From assembly GCA_977017575.1 (NCBI GenBank), contig CDRNVI010000062.1:1-64000 (forward strand): 64,000 nt of DNA, given 5' to 3'. This DNA is from Paramoeba atlantica. Lineage: Eukaryota; Protista; Discosea. Shown here piece by piece: positions 22,900-34,285 of this stretch. The notes under the pieces were generated by a model. The model was given only the letters and a program-made list of their open reading frames with translations, did no database searches and was not told the origin of the DNA. The number at the start of each line of letters is the position of its first letter. The stretch's first letter is position 1. Position numbers and translations under genes: made by a program.

Positions 22900-24090
22900 C
22901 GCGAGCGGAAATGAATGTTTCTGCTCGGTGGCCCCGGAACCGGGAAAAGTCTAGCTTCCCGTTTTATAATGCAAGAACTGGGAAGCCAATGTATTACAAT
23001 GGCGCCCACTGGGATCGCCGCATCAGTACTGCACTGTTTCACAATACACGCTTCCCTCTGCATACCGATAGGGGCTACTGCAAGAAATTTGAAACATCTT
23101 TCAAGCAGTAGGCTTCTAAAGGTATGAGAAATGTCGATTAATCATAGTCGACGAAGTGTCAATGATCAGCAAGTGTTTCCTTGCTTGTATCAACACTAGA
23201 TTGCAGCAAATCAAAGGCAATGAGCAGCTCCCCTATGGAGGCATCAACATGCTCTTTTTGGGAGATTTTTATCAGCTGCGACCAGTACAAGGAGCATCTC
23301 TTACCATAGAAGATAGTCCTCCTGGTAATAATCCCATTTTTGGGAATATTTTTCAAGTCTCGCATGTGTTTGAACTCAAACAGCAAATGCGAGCACGACA
23401 AGATACTGTATTTTCAGATATCTTGCGTCTTGTTCGAAAAACTCCGAATGAGGGGTTGAAGTTCATCCAATTGGTAAAACCTCTGACCTCTGAGGACCAA
23501 GAAAAGTTCCGCAATGCAATTGTCATTGTTGGAACAAATATTGAACGACACAAGATTAATGTCGCAATGGCAAGAATTTTTGCCAGACGTCACAATTGCC
23601 CATTGTTTGCATGGACAGGCGATAACGTCCAAGGTAAACTCATTGACACACACCCTGAAGCATTTTCTGTATTTGTAAAAGGAGCACCCGTTGTAATCAC
23701 GGAGAACATTGCTCCTTATACATTGAAAATTGCGAATGGGACCGTGATTGAAATGAAAGATCTTGTGTCAGACGATTTGTCATACGACACTATTGATGGT
23801 GTTCGTTATCTAAGAAAAGCCCCTTCTTTTATGCAATGCATTGAGAAGGGGTCAGGAGTAGGGTTTTACGCCAAAAAGGCGCAGCACCATGACAAGACAA
23901 CCCAAAGAAACTTTTAAGTGGAATTGGGATTTGCCTATACGTATCACAAAGTACAAGGTATCACCGTGAAGAAAGGTGTTATTCTTGACTTGAATGATAG
24001 GACGTGGTTGAGGACTCGCCAAGCTCACAGTAGCAATATCCAGGGCACAATGCTTCGGTGATATTCGAGTGCTCCCTGGCATGGGCACAG
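22900..24090 (+). pseudogene. PIF1-family SF1B helicase of the Helitron-like element, disrupted
   Basis: GGPGTGKS, MAPTGIAA, DEVSM, GDFYQLRPV, ELKQQMR, GAPVVITENI, ELGFAYTYHKVQG, and KLTVAISRA in shifted frames. Confidence 0.92.
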
Positions 24091-24749
24091 ATCGCCCAGG
24101 AACACACCTGAATTCAGGTTACCATAGGCCTAAATTTCCGGCCATGGAAAAAGCAAATCGGCTTACCGATTTGTCTTATCAATTCTAAGACATTAGAATG
24201 AAACCATCTTCTCAGGAAGACCTCTCCAGGGGGGAAGCACGCTTGATACCGGTCACAAGCCCGGCGTCTTCAGCTTTGGCAGAAGAAGTGTGACCCCAAC
24301 GCTCACGTGGCCCCTACCAAAAAAAATGTCCCCATTAAGAAGTCTCCTTTAAAAGCACCTTCAAAAACAAACCATTACTTCAAAATTATCTGCCAGGAAG
24401 TAGAGCACCCCCCGCCCCAGCGGGTCTGCACCCACTCGAAGGGCCCGCGCAACGGGCCCTTCAAAAAAAAGATTTCAGAACCTTGCGTCCTTCAAAATTA
24501 CCTACCACAAAGTAAAGCACCCCCCTCGCCAGCACCTCCTAGAAGGGTCCGAAACTAAAATTACGAAAAAGTACGAGCGATCCGAACGCTCACACGGCCG
24601 CTACGAAAAGAAGAGGTATCCATCCTGCTCTGTTAAAAATTCCCCGAAGCGAAGTAAATCACATCCCTGCGTCAGCGTGTCTCGAAGTTCAGTAGTATCT
24701 GATTCACTTTTTTATTCACCTTCATCTCTTTCACCATTCATCGCACCCA

Positions 24750-24807
24750 CTTAGTATACCTACTCATTTAGTATACCTACTACGTATACTATCCTGGAAC
24801 ATGGTTT
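24750..24807. mobile_element. Solo right end of the AACCATG-type MITE
   Basis: GTATACTATCCTGGAACATGGTT|TA is identical to the end at 60403-60427. Confidence 0.7.
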
Positions 24808-24859
24808 AATATCTGATTCACTTTTTTAATCACCTTATCTTTTTACCCTTCCTCCCTAT

Positions 24860-25225
24860 ATGTCTACTCTTCCGGAGAACGTCCTCACCGCAGAATGCGA
24901 TACATCGCTGAAGATCAGTGATGTTAAGCGGAAGCGGGATGACTTGCACGAATCAGAGATGAACTTGAGTTCAGCTCTGGGCGAGCGTGACGAGCGCTCG
25001 ATCACTGTGGAGCATGTTCCGGCGGAAATGACAAACAAAAATCTAAGTGAGTATTATGCCTTCTTTGGTGACGTAAAACTTGTCACAATAATTAGAAAGT
25101 TCAAACGTGCGTATGTCTGTTTTGCTACGACAGAACAAGCTAAACATGCATGCAGCACGTACCGCAAGAGCAAGGACAGCCAAAAAACACAGCCAAAAAA
25201 GCAGGTGAAGAAGATGAAGTTTTGA
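24860..25225 (+). CDS. Small single-RRM protein
   Basis: RNP2-like ITVEHVP, helix NLSEYYAFFGDV, RNP1-like RAYVCF, then ATTEQAKHA; basic tail. Confidence 0.7.
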   Translation: MSTLPENVLTAECDTSLKISDVKRKRDDLHESEMNLSSALGERDERSITVEHVPAEMTNKNLSEYYAFFGDVKLVTIIRKFKRAYVCFATTEQAKHACSTYRKSKDSQKTQPKKQVKKMKF

Positions 25226-25477
25226 AAGGCGAAGATTAATTGACAAAGAAAAGTGATACAGGAAGAAAGTTTTTTTCTTTGTCGAAGAAGTGAATTTCTA
25301 AAACGTAGTTTTCCGGGGTTTTTTCAGTGCACGTTTTCATGTTTTTCTTCTCCACTTTTTCTCCTCTAAAAGCCCATACTGTTCTGTTTAACAAGTAAAG
25401 TACTACTCGTTCTCCAAATCTATATTTTCATTCTCCTAAATTTTCGTTCTCCAAATTGTCCATCGTTCTCCAAATTT

Positions 25478-25697
25478 TTCTTTTCTAGGCTCTTCGTTAA
25501 ACGCGGAGGTAGCTTTCAACGCGAAGCGCGCAGCAGTGGTGCCTTCTAAGTTGAAAACAACCACCGCGTTTAACGAAGAGCCTGGAAAAGAATACAACCA
25601 CCGCAATAACACATTTATTTTTCTTTTTTAGGCTCTTCGTTAAACGCGGTGGTAGTTTTCAACGTGAAGCGCGCAGCATGAGTGACTTCTAAGTTGG
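25478..25697. mobile_element. Family A mini-element (palindrome + TACAACCACCGCAAT end) followed by a partial palindrome
   Basis: Palindrome ~25478-25590, terminal motif ~25594-25609, new palindrome arm from ~25622. Confidence 0.65.
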
Positions 25698-25974
25698 TGA
25701 TCTCCAAAAGATCATGAATAATCTACTTTTTTGGGGGGAAAAGCTCGATTTTTCGGCAACAATTGCGAAATATTACACCGAATTTGGGCCGTTTTGGATG
25801 CCCTTAATCTGTCGACAAAAACGCCGCAGAATGGTAGGTGAGGTCCCAAACTCTCCAAATACGGTTTAGGAGTCGATTTTGGAAAAATAATATTTTTGCT
25901 TTTTTCGGAATTTTTGACCTTGTCGGACCCCTCCCGCGCGTACCAGGGGGGGGGGTACCCCACTCGCACCTTTA

Positions 25975-26100
25975 TCTGGCATAAAAAGTGGCCCACTTAT
26001 ATTGCATACTAAGCTGCACCTTTATATTGCATAATTCACCTTTATATGGCATATTAAGCTGCACCTTTATATTGCATAAATTCTACACCTTTGTCTGGCA
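25975..26100. repeat. AT-rich minisatellite (CACCTTTATATTGCATA-like)
   Basis: Imperfect tandem units; reverse complement of the array at 27766-27975. Confidence 0.7.
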
Positions 26101-26556
26101 TAAAAGTTGAAAAAAAATCGATAACTTGGTGAGACAGATCTCTCCGGAAAAATTGTTGTTACTCAAGACCATATAGGCTATATTACCTGGAAGCGCAGTG
26201 AGGTCAGCCTTTCCACGAAAAAAATTACCATCAATGCAGAAATTAAGAAGCTTCGGTGGCAGCTCCGTAAAAGGTACCTCACCTTCCAGTCCATTACTGT
26301 AGAGTTTTAAAATAACCAGAGCATGAGGGAGAAATTCCCACCGAAGAATCCCCGAAAGGCGGAATCGATGCCATTCAATTTCAGTAACATGGCCTTCCTC
26401 ATCGCATGTGATTCCACTCCACCTACAAGCGGGAGTGTCTATATTCCATGACGGCCGATGAAGTTTCACGTTTTCAATGAGATGCGCAAGTTGATATTCT
26501 GGAGGCGGCAAGTTTCCTCGCACCTTTGCAGCCTCCAGTGGAATGCTCGTGTTCAT
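26083..26556 (-). pseudogene. C-terminally truncated plant-type LRR protein
   Basis: Nearly identical to 38096-38800 up to CLTKL, then joins repeat DNA; the start MNTSIP is inferred from paralogs. Confidence 0.8.
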
Positions 26557-26862
26557 ACGTCTGCTAGGGAAATAAGAAAAGTTGAATGAAGCACATAATT
26601 CTTGCATAAAAACAAGTTGGAAATCGGAAAATCGTAATAAGTCATGTTCCGTGTTAGTAACACGAAAGTAAGGGCGGCAAAGCTCTTCGTTAGGGGAGAG
26701 AGACCTCTTGTTTGCAACAACAATGAGCAAAAACGAAAAAAAAAGAATCAAAATTCCCCACGACGGGGGGGGGGAGGTCAATAACCTCCCCTATACTTAC
26801 GTATCTCCATTGTTTTTTTTGTATATTTTACGTTGCAAAGCCCATCACCGGTAAAGTGACTA

Positions 26863-27766
26863 ATTGCGGTGGTTGTAAAACTACCGCTCTACACTCGATT
26901 ATTGAAAAAAAAGTGAACAAAAACAGTGAAAATATAAAGGGGAACACAGTAATATAATAGAAGAAAAAAATATAAAAGGGGGCTCCGGTGGTCCAAAACT
27001 GAAAAAAAAATTTGAAAAAAATGGGGGGTCCATGGGGGGGGTCCAGGTGGGGGGTCCAGGTGGGGGGTGGCATGGTCGAGCAAATTTTTTCGAAAAAATT
27101 AGTTTTCGAAAAAAAACCGCAGAAAGGGTAGCCGGGGTCTTGGCGCGCATTTTCCACCCCCCTACCCGGGGGTGACCCCCCCGCGTATCCGCAGGACGGG
27201 TCCGCCAAGTTCGGATTTTTTCGGAAAAAAAAATTTGAAAAAAAATTCAACTTAGCTAAAAAAATGACAAAAAAAATATTTTTCCAAAATCGTTTCCCCT
27301 ATTGTATTTTGATAGTTTGGGACCTACACTAACTTTCTACGCAGTTGTTTTCGCAAGGTATCACTTCTTCGAACTGTGGTGCGCCCCCGAAAATGACCCA
27401 TTTTTGACTAAAAAGGTGAAAAAGTATTTTTCGGACCCCAAGGGTCATTTTAGTGTCGAAAGAATGGTATGGTTGGAGTCGCATTCTCTACCCAATACGT
27501 TCGGTAGGCTTCCATTCATGCCTGCGAGTGATTTCCCACGCGCAAATGTCGGATTTAGTGCTCTGAGAGCAAAAATATGCGAAAATGACCCCATTTTTAC
27601 CCGAATTTCGGCTATTTTTGGCTATAATCTTTCCGTTTTCCAGGCTAAATTTTCTTTTTTAGGCTCTTCGTTAAACGCGGCGGTAGTTTTCAACGCGAAG
27701 CGCGCAGCATGAGTGACTTCTAAGTTGAAAGCAACCACCGCGTTTAACGAAGAGCTTAAAAAAGAA
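26863..27766. mobile_element. Family A, complete ~900-bp copy (short-hairpin end left, palindrome right)
   Basis: Inserted after GTAAAGTGACTA; the uninterrupted equivalent flank is at ~39100-39125. Confidence 0.85.
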
Positions 27767-27975
27767 TTATAAAGGTGCACTATGCAATATAAAGGTGATT
27801 ATACAATATAAAGGTGCAGCTTAATATGCAAAATGAAGGTGCCGCTGAATATGCAATATCAAGGTGAATTATGCAATATTAAGGTGCCTTATGCAATATA
27901 AAGGTGCATTATGCCAGATAAAGGTGAATTCATGCCAGATAAAGGTGAATTCATGCAATATAAAGTGCCACTTTT
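27766..27975. repeat. AT-rich minisatellite (TGCAATATAAAGGTG-like)
   Basis: Many imperfect tandem units; related array at ~29995-30085. Confidence 0.75.
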
Positions 27976-28228
27976 TATGCAAGATAATGGTGCGGGTGCC
28001 TACCCCCAGGTGGGCGGGTGGAAAGTCATCGCCGCGGCCTACTCTACCACTTCCCTGCGCTCGATTTCGAAAATCAAGATTTTGAAAATTTCAAAAAATG
28101 TATATGCCCCCCCCCCCCTGGACTCCCCATTTTTTTCAATTTTGGACCACCGGGGCCCCCCTTTCAATTTTTTCTTCTATTATATTACAGTGCGTGGTGT
28201 TATTACGGGACGGGTATTTAAGGGACAA

Positions 28229-28632
28229 TATTGAGGCCACGATTTGTGGCCCGATTTCATGCCCGATATCGCGCCCGATATCGTTTCAGGTGAGTTTTCT
28301 AAAAAAAAGTTTACAAAGACGTATGAATCGAATTGAGTGACAAGATCACTAGTTTTTCAACAATTCCGATGGGTACCCCCTGCCCCCCCTCCCCACCAGG
28401 GTGATCATAGCAATTTCTGAAATCAGAGGAAGGAGGAGGCGCAAGGCACAAAGGCAGAAGGCGTAGCCTTCTGTCCTTTTGCCGCGGCGACGACGACTTC
28501 CTCGCGTGGGAAGCTGTAAGAGGTCCTAGGGAGCATCTTTCGATGGCTCTGTAACCCAGGCTAAAGTGGACGAGGGAGATACTAAAGGCGCCTTTGGCAA
28601 ACTACCACAAAACTGGAACGATATCTCCCGGT
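28229..28632. mobile_element. Family B copy in reverse orientation, half palindrome
   Basis: Reverse complement of parts of 18560-19190; left end retains ATTGAGG (reverse of CCTCAAT). Confidence 0.7.
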
Positions 28633-28989
28633 TTATATATATTTTATATATAAAAAGGGGGCTCCGGTATATTTATAAAAGGGGGCTCCGGTGGTCCAAA
28701 ATTTTAAAAAAAATTGAAAAAAATGGGGGTCCATCGGGGGGGGGGGCACAAGTCGCTTTTTGAAAATCTTGATTTTCGAAATCGAGCGCAGGGAAGTGGT
28801 AGAGTAGGCCGCGGCGATGACGTTCCACGACCACCACCTGTGTGTACCCCCCCCCCCTGGTACGCGCTGGAGGGGTCCGACAAGGTCAAAAATTCCGAAT
28901 TTTTTGGGATGACCAAAAAAATTTTTTTTGGACCCGGAAAAAAGTAAAAATTTTATTTTTCCAAAATCGACTCCTAAAACGTGTTTTAG

Positions 28990-29870
28990 GAGTTTGGTTT
29001 CTCGAAAAAAACCCGCAGCAGCGGTGGCCGGGGTCTTGGCGCGCATTTTCCACCCCCCTACCCGGGGGTGACCCCCCCGCGTATCCGCAGGACGGGTCCG
29101 CCAAGTTCGGATTTTTTCGGAAAAAAAAATGTGAAAAAATTTCAACTTGGCGAAAAAAATGGCAAAAAAAAATATTTTTCCAAAATCGTTTCCCCTATTG
29201 TATTTTGATAGTTTGGGACCTACACTAGCTTTCTCCGCAGTTGTTTTCGCAAGGTATCACTTCTTGACCCCCCGCGTTCGCCAAGTTCGGATTTTGAAAG
29301 AACGGGTCCGCCAAGTTCGGATTTTTTCGGAAAAAAAATTCAACTTGGCGAAAAAAACGGTAAAAAAAATATTTTTTCAACCTTTTTGCCCTATTGTATT
29401 TTGACAGTTTGGGACCTATACTAGCTTTCTGCGCAGTTGTTTTCGCAAGATATCACTTCGTGGAGCCGTGGCACGCCTCCCACAATAGCCCATTTTTGAC
29501 CAAAAAGTGCGAAAAAATAATTTTCGGACCTAATGGGGTCTTTTTATGTCAAAAGAATGGTGTGGTTGGAGTCGCATTCTCTGCCCAATACGTTTAGTAG
29601 GCTTTCATTCACGCCTACGAGTGATTTTTCACACGCAAATACAAGATTTAGTGCTCTGAGAGCAAGAATACGCAAAAATTACCCCATTTTTATCTGAAAA
29701 TCGGCTAATTTTGGCCATAATCCTTGTGTTTTCTTTAGCTTTCCAGGCCGAATTTTCTTTTTTAGGCTCTTCGTTAAACGCGGTGGTAGTTTTCAACGCG
29801 GAGCGCGTAGCATGAGGGACTTCTAAGTTGAAAACAACCACCGCGTTTAACGAAGAGCCTAAAAAAGAAA
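28990..29870. mobile_element. Family A copy (palindrome at right), rearranged
   Basis: Body homology with internal duplication at ~29270-29330; palindrome ~29755-29870. Confidence 0.8.
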
Positions 29871-30328
29871 AGCTTATTTTCAACCCCTTGCAAAAAATTA
29901 CATTTTTGCTACACAGTTAACATAAAAAATGGGTAACCTCGATTGTGCTCCCGGTGAGGCCCCGGAGTTGCGAGAGGCCTCCATACCCCACAACATGTGC
30001 ATTATGACAGATAAGGGTGCATTGTGACAGATACGGGAGCATTTATGACAGATCAGGGTGCGAGTTTCTATGACAGATAAGGGTGCGGGTAGAGTAGGTG
30101 GTGGTAGAGTAGGCCGCGGCGATAATTCCCCCCCGCCCCCCCCCCCCCCTCACACACATGTGGGGGTTACCACTCCCTGTAAACGCGGAGGTAGTTTTCA
30201 ACGCGAAGCGCGCAGCTGTGGCCTTGGGGGGAACCACGACTGTATGTTGGATTGCCAAGCGTTGAAACAGAAATGTTGAAAGTCCTAAAAAAGGATAAAC
30301 AAGCGCACATTGAGACCATGTGACTAAG

Positions 30329-32545
30329 TTAGCTCTCTACGCTATAGTCCCACATAAGCACTTTATGTGCCCCAGATGCATCACAAGCCTCCCGAAAAAA
30401 CCGCGAAACGTTTTTCTGCTGTTCTTTCCCCGAGCACAACACCACAGCAATACCACCACATCCCGTACCCGAGAGCTTTGCACCGAGCACTCCGTTTCTG
30501 GATGTCGCGTTTTGTACAATCCATTCCAGGGCCTCACAGGAGACCCCGATGTCTTGTAGCAATGCGTGATTATTTGTCATGGCGTTTCCCAGAGCTTCGA
30601 GTGAGAGCGTAGAGGAACTCAGCGAATGTAAAACGGGAAGAAGAACATCCACACGATAACGGCACAAAATTTGATAAAACCAACACGGATGAGCTAATGC
30701 ACGACTTCGTACCGCCTCCACCACCTGTGCGGTACTCGAGGTAATTCCTGTCGAGAGAACTAGCAAAGAAAGAACTCGTTTTTGGGTATTCTCATCGTTC
30801 GGTGTGGCTTCCCCTCGATTTTTCCGTGCTCCTCGAAGTATCGTAAAGCAACATCCCTCGCCTTGGATCGTATCCCCGGCGGATTCTATTCTGCTCACCA
30901 TTTCCCAATACTCCTTCATTTCTACCTCCTTTCTTTCCTCCTTGATAGCTTTTTCACCTTCTTTTCTAGCCTTTTCTTCTTTTCTCGTTTCCTCTTTTTC
31001 GCTCTTTTTTTCGTTGCCCGTTTCTTCTTCTTTTCTCGTTTCTTTTTCTTTTCTATCTTCCTCTTTTTCCTTTCTGTCTTCTTCTACTCTTTTCGTTTCT
31101 TCTTCTCTTTCCATTTCTTCTTTTTCTGTTCTACTTTCGCCTTCTTCTTTTCTATCTTCTTCTTTTTCCTTTCTATCTTCTCCTTCTTTTCTATTTTCTT
31201 CTTCTTTTTCCTTTCTATCTTCTTCTTTCTTTCCACCATCTTCTTCCTTTTCCTTTCCACCTCCTTCTCCTCTACCCCCCCTCCCCCCTCTCCGGTACAG
31301 CAGCACCCCCCCGTAGGTCGCGGCCGTGTTGTCCACGCCCGAGGGGTTGCCGTGGTACCCGCGCTCCCCGGCGTACCCGCTGCGGTTGATCGCGCGCTCG
31401 CTGAGGCCGAGCCCGTAGAGACTGCTGAGGGCGCGGGAGAGGGCGACGACGTCCGCGGCGCTGGCCCCGACGCCGGAGACCGCGGTGAGGGGGCCGTGGA
31501 GGGTGAGGGAGAGAGAGAGTGAAGGAGATTGAGGGGATAGAGAGGATTGAGGGGATAGAGAGGATTTGGAGGATAGAGAGGATTTGGAGGATAGAGAGGA
31601 TTCGGAGGATAGAGAGGATTTGGAGGATAGAGAGGATTTGGAGGATAGAGAGGATTTGGAGGATAGAGAGGATTTGGAGGATAGAGAGGATTTGGAGGAT
31701 AGAGAGGATTCGGAGGATAGAGAAGAAGAAGGAGGAGGAGAAGACGCTGAAATGGAGATAGGGTCTTTTGTAGGAGACCATTTTGTGTTTTCTGGAAGGT
31801 TATTTGACGATGTAGAAGACACAGATGAAGGCACAGAGGAATAAGGCACAGAAGAAGATGCAGAAGACGACTCTCTGCTTCCTGGAGTCGTATTTGACGA
31901 TGCAGAAGTGCGATCCGATTCGTTGGAAACCACTTTTAAGTTTTCTGCATTCGACGACAAACCGTTTGGTTTTATCGGTTTACCATCCCCGCTCACAGAA
32001 ACAGGCGTTACGCTCGTTTCACTCTCACCACCTTCGTCCGTACTCCAGTCAAATAATGCAGTAAACCGTTTGTTCTTGTCTTTTGGTGCCTCACTTGTTT
32101 CACTTCCATTTTCAACTTCATTCACGTCTAAAAGCGAAATTTGAAAGAGATGCTCCAAAACAAGACGATGCGCTTTGCGTTGTTCAAATCGTTTCTCGTG
32201 TTTGTATCCCGGGACTGCGGGACGACGATCCGTGACTTCCATTCGGATTATAGGAAGTGTGGATAAGTATGAATCGATGTTGTTGTTTAAAGAAGGAGAA
32301 GTGTTTTCGAAGTTGTTGTTTAAAAACGGAGCGCTGCTATGAGCAAATTGGCTAAAAAGCGAAGCATCAGGACATTGCAGCACTTGAATCGAACACGCGG
32401 TGTACTCCGAGACCGCCGCGACGAGTGCGGGCTCGCCGTAGACCACAAAGTGTTCCCCAAAGAGAATCACTTTACCGTACCCTTTGTGGAGTTCCGTGGT
32501 GTGGGTTTTGTGGGGGAAGAAAATACAGGGGGGAGGAGGTGACAT
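30329..32545 (-). CDS. MVK: Mevalonate kinase (kinetoplastid type) with large low-complexity insertions
   Basis: GYGKVILFGEHFVVYG, GHMP motif SGVGASAADVVA, GYHGNPSGVDNTAATYGG, GAKLSGTGCGG. Confidence 0.92.
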   Translation of the reverse strand: MSPPPPCIFFPHKTHTTELHKGYGKVILFGEHFVVYGEPALVAAVSEYTACSIQVLQCPDASLFSQFAHSSAPFLNNNFENTSPSLNNNIDSYLSTLPIIRMEVTDRRPAVPGYKHEKRFEQRKAHRLVLEHLFQISLLDVNEVENGSETSEAPKDKNKRFTALFDWSTDEGGESETSVTPVSVSGDGKPIKPNGLSSNAENLKVVSNESDRTSASSNTTPGSRESSSASSSVPYSSVPSSVSSTSSNNLPENTKWSPTKDPISISASSPPPSSSLSSESSLSSKSSLSSKSSLSSKSSLSSKSSLSSKSSLSSESSLSSKSSLSSKSSLSPQSSLSPQSPSLSLSLTLHGPLTAVSGVGASAADVVALSRALSSLYGLGLSERAINRSGYAGERGYHGNPSGVDNTAATYGGVLLYRRGGRGGRGEGGGKEKEEDGGKKEEDRKEKEEENRKEGEDRKEKEEDRKEEGESRTEKEEMEREEETKRVEEDRKEKEEDRKEKETRKEEETGNEKKSEKEETRKEEKARKEGEKAIKEERKEVEMKEYWEMVSRIESAGDTIQGEGCCFTILRGARKNRGEATPNDENTQKRVLSLLVLSTGITSSTAQVVEAVRSRALAHPCWFYQILCRYRVDVLLPVLHSLSSSTLSLEALGNAMTNNHALLQDIGVSCEALEWIVQNATSRNGVLGAKLSGTGCGGIAVVLCSGKEQQKNVSRFFREACDASGAHKVLMWDYSVES
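31520..31720. repeat. 18-bp coding tandem repeat inside MVK (SSLSSK)n
   Basis: GAGAGGATTTGGAGGATA repeated about ten times. Confidence 0.9.
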
Positions 32546-32935
32546 GGGGGTAAGGGGTGAGAGGGGGAAGAAAAGGGATAGAAAATGAGTTTTCTATTGG
32601 TTTCTGTGGAGATGGTGGGGATCGATTGATTCATTTTGAAACGTTGTGAACCACAACGTTCTCCATCAAAACTAAACTCAAAATCTGCAACGCTTGTAAA
32701 ATTTAGGAAAGCGTGTTGCTGTAGTTTGTAGGCTTATATCTACAGTATGTAAGCTATCACAGCGCTTCATATTAGAATGTTCCTGTACTGTAAATTGTAG
32801 CACGAACAAGCTTTGCACTCGATTTCCAATAACATTAAAAGCATAAAACACCATATCTCCCCCTTTTTCATATTCTACACCCTTCGTTTCTTATGATTTC
32901 AAACAAAATCTCTATAAACCACATTTTCCCCTCTT

Positions 32936-34285
32936 TCACTCATTCGGAGCGCTCGACAACAGCTCTCGCGCGTGTTCCACAACCTGCTCTTTATCATGCA
33001 GCGCTAACAACGTCTCGTCCTTGAAATAGATCACCAAATCGTGTAGTTTTCTTTGATACATCTCCGCCTCTTTTTTATACCGCAGCAACGCCTCCTCGTT
33101 TCTTCCCATCCCTCGAGAGCTTAGGCTATTCCCTGAAAAACTTGGTCCTCTCGTAAAACGATTGGAACTTACAGACGATGAAAAAGTGCCTTGCGTGGGG
33201 GTTCGTGGTTGTGTCCTCAAATTCGCTCGTACTCCAGTTTCTCGAACACTCGATACCCTTGAAGAAACAGCAGCATTCGTATTTTTACTCAAACCATTCG
33301 ATCGCGACATGAAACCCGTTCGATTTGTCGAAACACTCGAGGAGCGTTGGGTGGGATACGACAAATTCGATGTCGTTGGGGTTCTCGATGATCGGGGAAG
33401 CACACCCTTTTGGTTTTTATCCTTTACGGCGGCGCTCATTTGAGATAAACTCCCGGAAGGCACCGTACGCTGTCTCGAGGCACTACGCACTCTCCCGAGT
33501 GCTTTTCCCAGCGGGGTCTCAAACGAGGAAGAAGGCAGAGGTGGTCGAATGCTGGGCTCGAAATCAAAATTCCCCTCCCCGTGCGCGTCCAACGCATAAG
33601 AACCCATTTTCGAAAAAGGTGTGCGATGCGCAGAGGAACACGACGAAAACAAACCCCGCTGTCCGGACACCGCCCCGGTTTTACTTCTCTCCTTTTGCAT
33701 CCCCACCACCGCGCTTGTCCCCCCAACACTCGGGGCTCGACTACTTTTTCCCACACTCCCTGCACGATACGAATTCACACTCGACCGTGTCAACCGCGGA
33801 GAGGTTCGTCCTAAACGACCTCCAGAGCTACTTGAGAGCTCTTTTACCCCCCCTAGCCCCCCATATTGTCGTTTTTGTGGGATTTGTTGTTGGGTTTCTT
33901 CTTCCCCCCTTTTCTCTCCCCCCCACCCCCACCCCCCTACCCTCTCACTCTGCCCCTTCATCCACTGCAGCAACTCTAAATTATGCTGAAAGTTCCCCGC
34001 GGCTAATTTGCGTACCTCCAACTCCTTCGTCGTACACTCTGCCGCAAACAGCTCTTGCAGTAATTTAAAATTATGCAGCGCCTCCGAAGGGGAGCGCACG
34101 GGGGAGCGGACCCGGTGCCGGGGACATGGCGTGGAGCTTAAATAAGAAAATAAAAAAACAAAGGCCTCCCCGGAGCCGCATTGCTCGATGGAGGTGTAGG
34201 AGAGTCCCAGGACGGTGTTGAGCCAGGAAAGGCAGTCGGAGCGGGAAGAGGAAGAGGGGGGAGGGCAGGATAAGGGGTCGGACAT
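32936..34285 (-). CDS. EB1: EB1-family microtubule plus-end binding protein
   Basis: CH domain (LSWLNTVL..IEQCGSG, NFKLLQ, FQHNLELLQWMK), long Ser/Arg linker, C-terminal coiled coil (MYQRKLHDL). Confidence 0.85.
   Translation of the reverse strand: MSDPLSCPPPSSSSRSDCLSWLNTVLGLSYTSIEQCGSGEAFVFLFSYLSSTPCPRHRVRSPVRSPSEALHNFKLLQELFAAECTTKELEVRKLAAGNFQHNLELLQWMKGQSERVGGWGWGGEKRGEEETQQQIPQKRQYGGLGGVKELSSSSGGRLGRTSPRLTRSSVNSYRAGSVGKSSRAPSVGGTSAVVGMQKERSKTGAVSGQRGLFSSCSSAHRTPFSKMGSYALDAHGEGNFDFEPSIRPPLPSSSFETPLGKALGRVRSASRQRTVPSGSLSQMSAAVKDKNQKGVLPRSSRTPTTSNLSYPTQRSSSVSTNRTGFMSRSNGLSKNTNAAVSSRVSSVRETGVRANLRTQPRTPTQGTFSSSVSSNRFTRGPSFSGNSLSSRGMGRNEEALLRYKKEAEMYQRKLHDLVIYFKDETLLALHDKEQVVEHARELLSSAPNE

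Noticed and set aside
30782-31844. Long plus-strand F/S-rich and (EDREDL)n ORFs
   Set aside because: Antisense shadows of the MVK low-complexity inserts.
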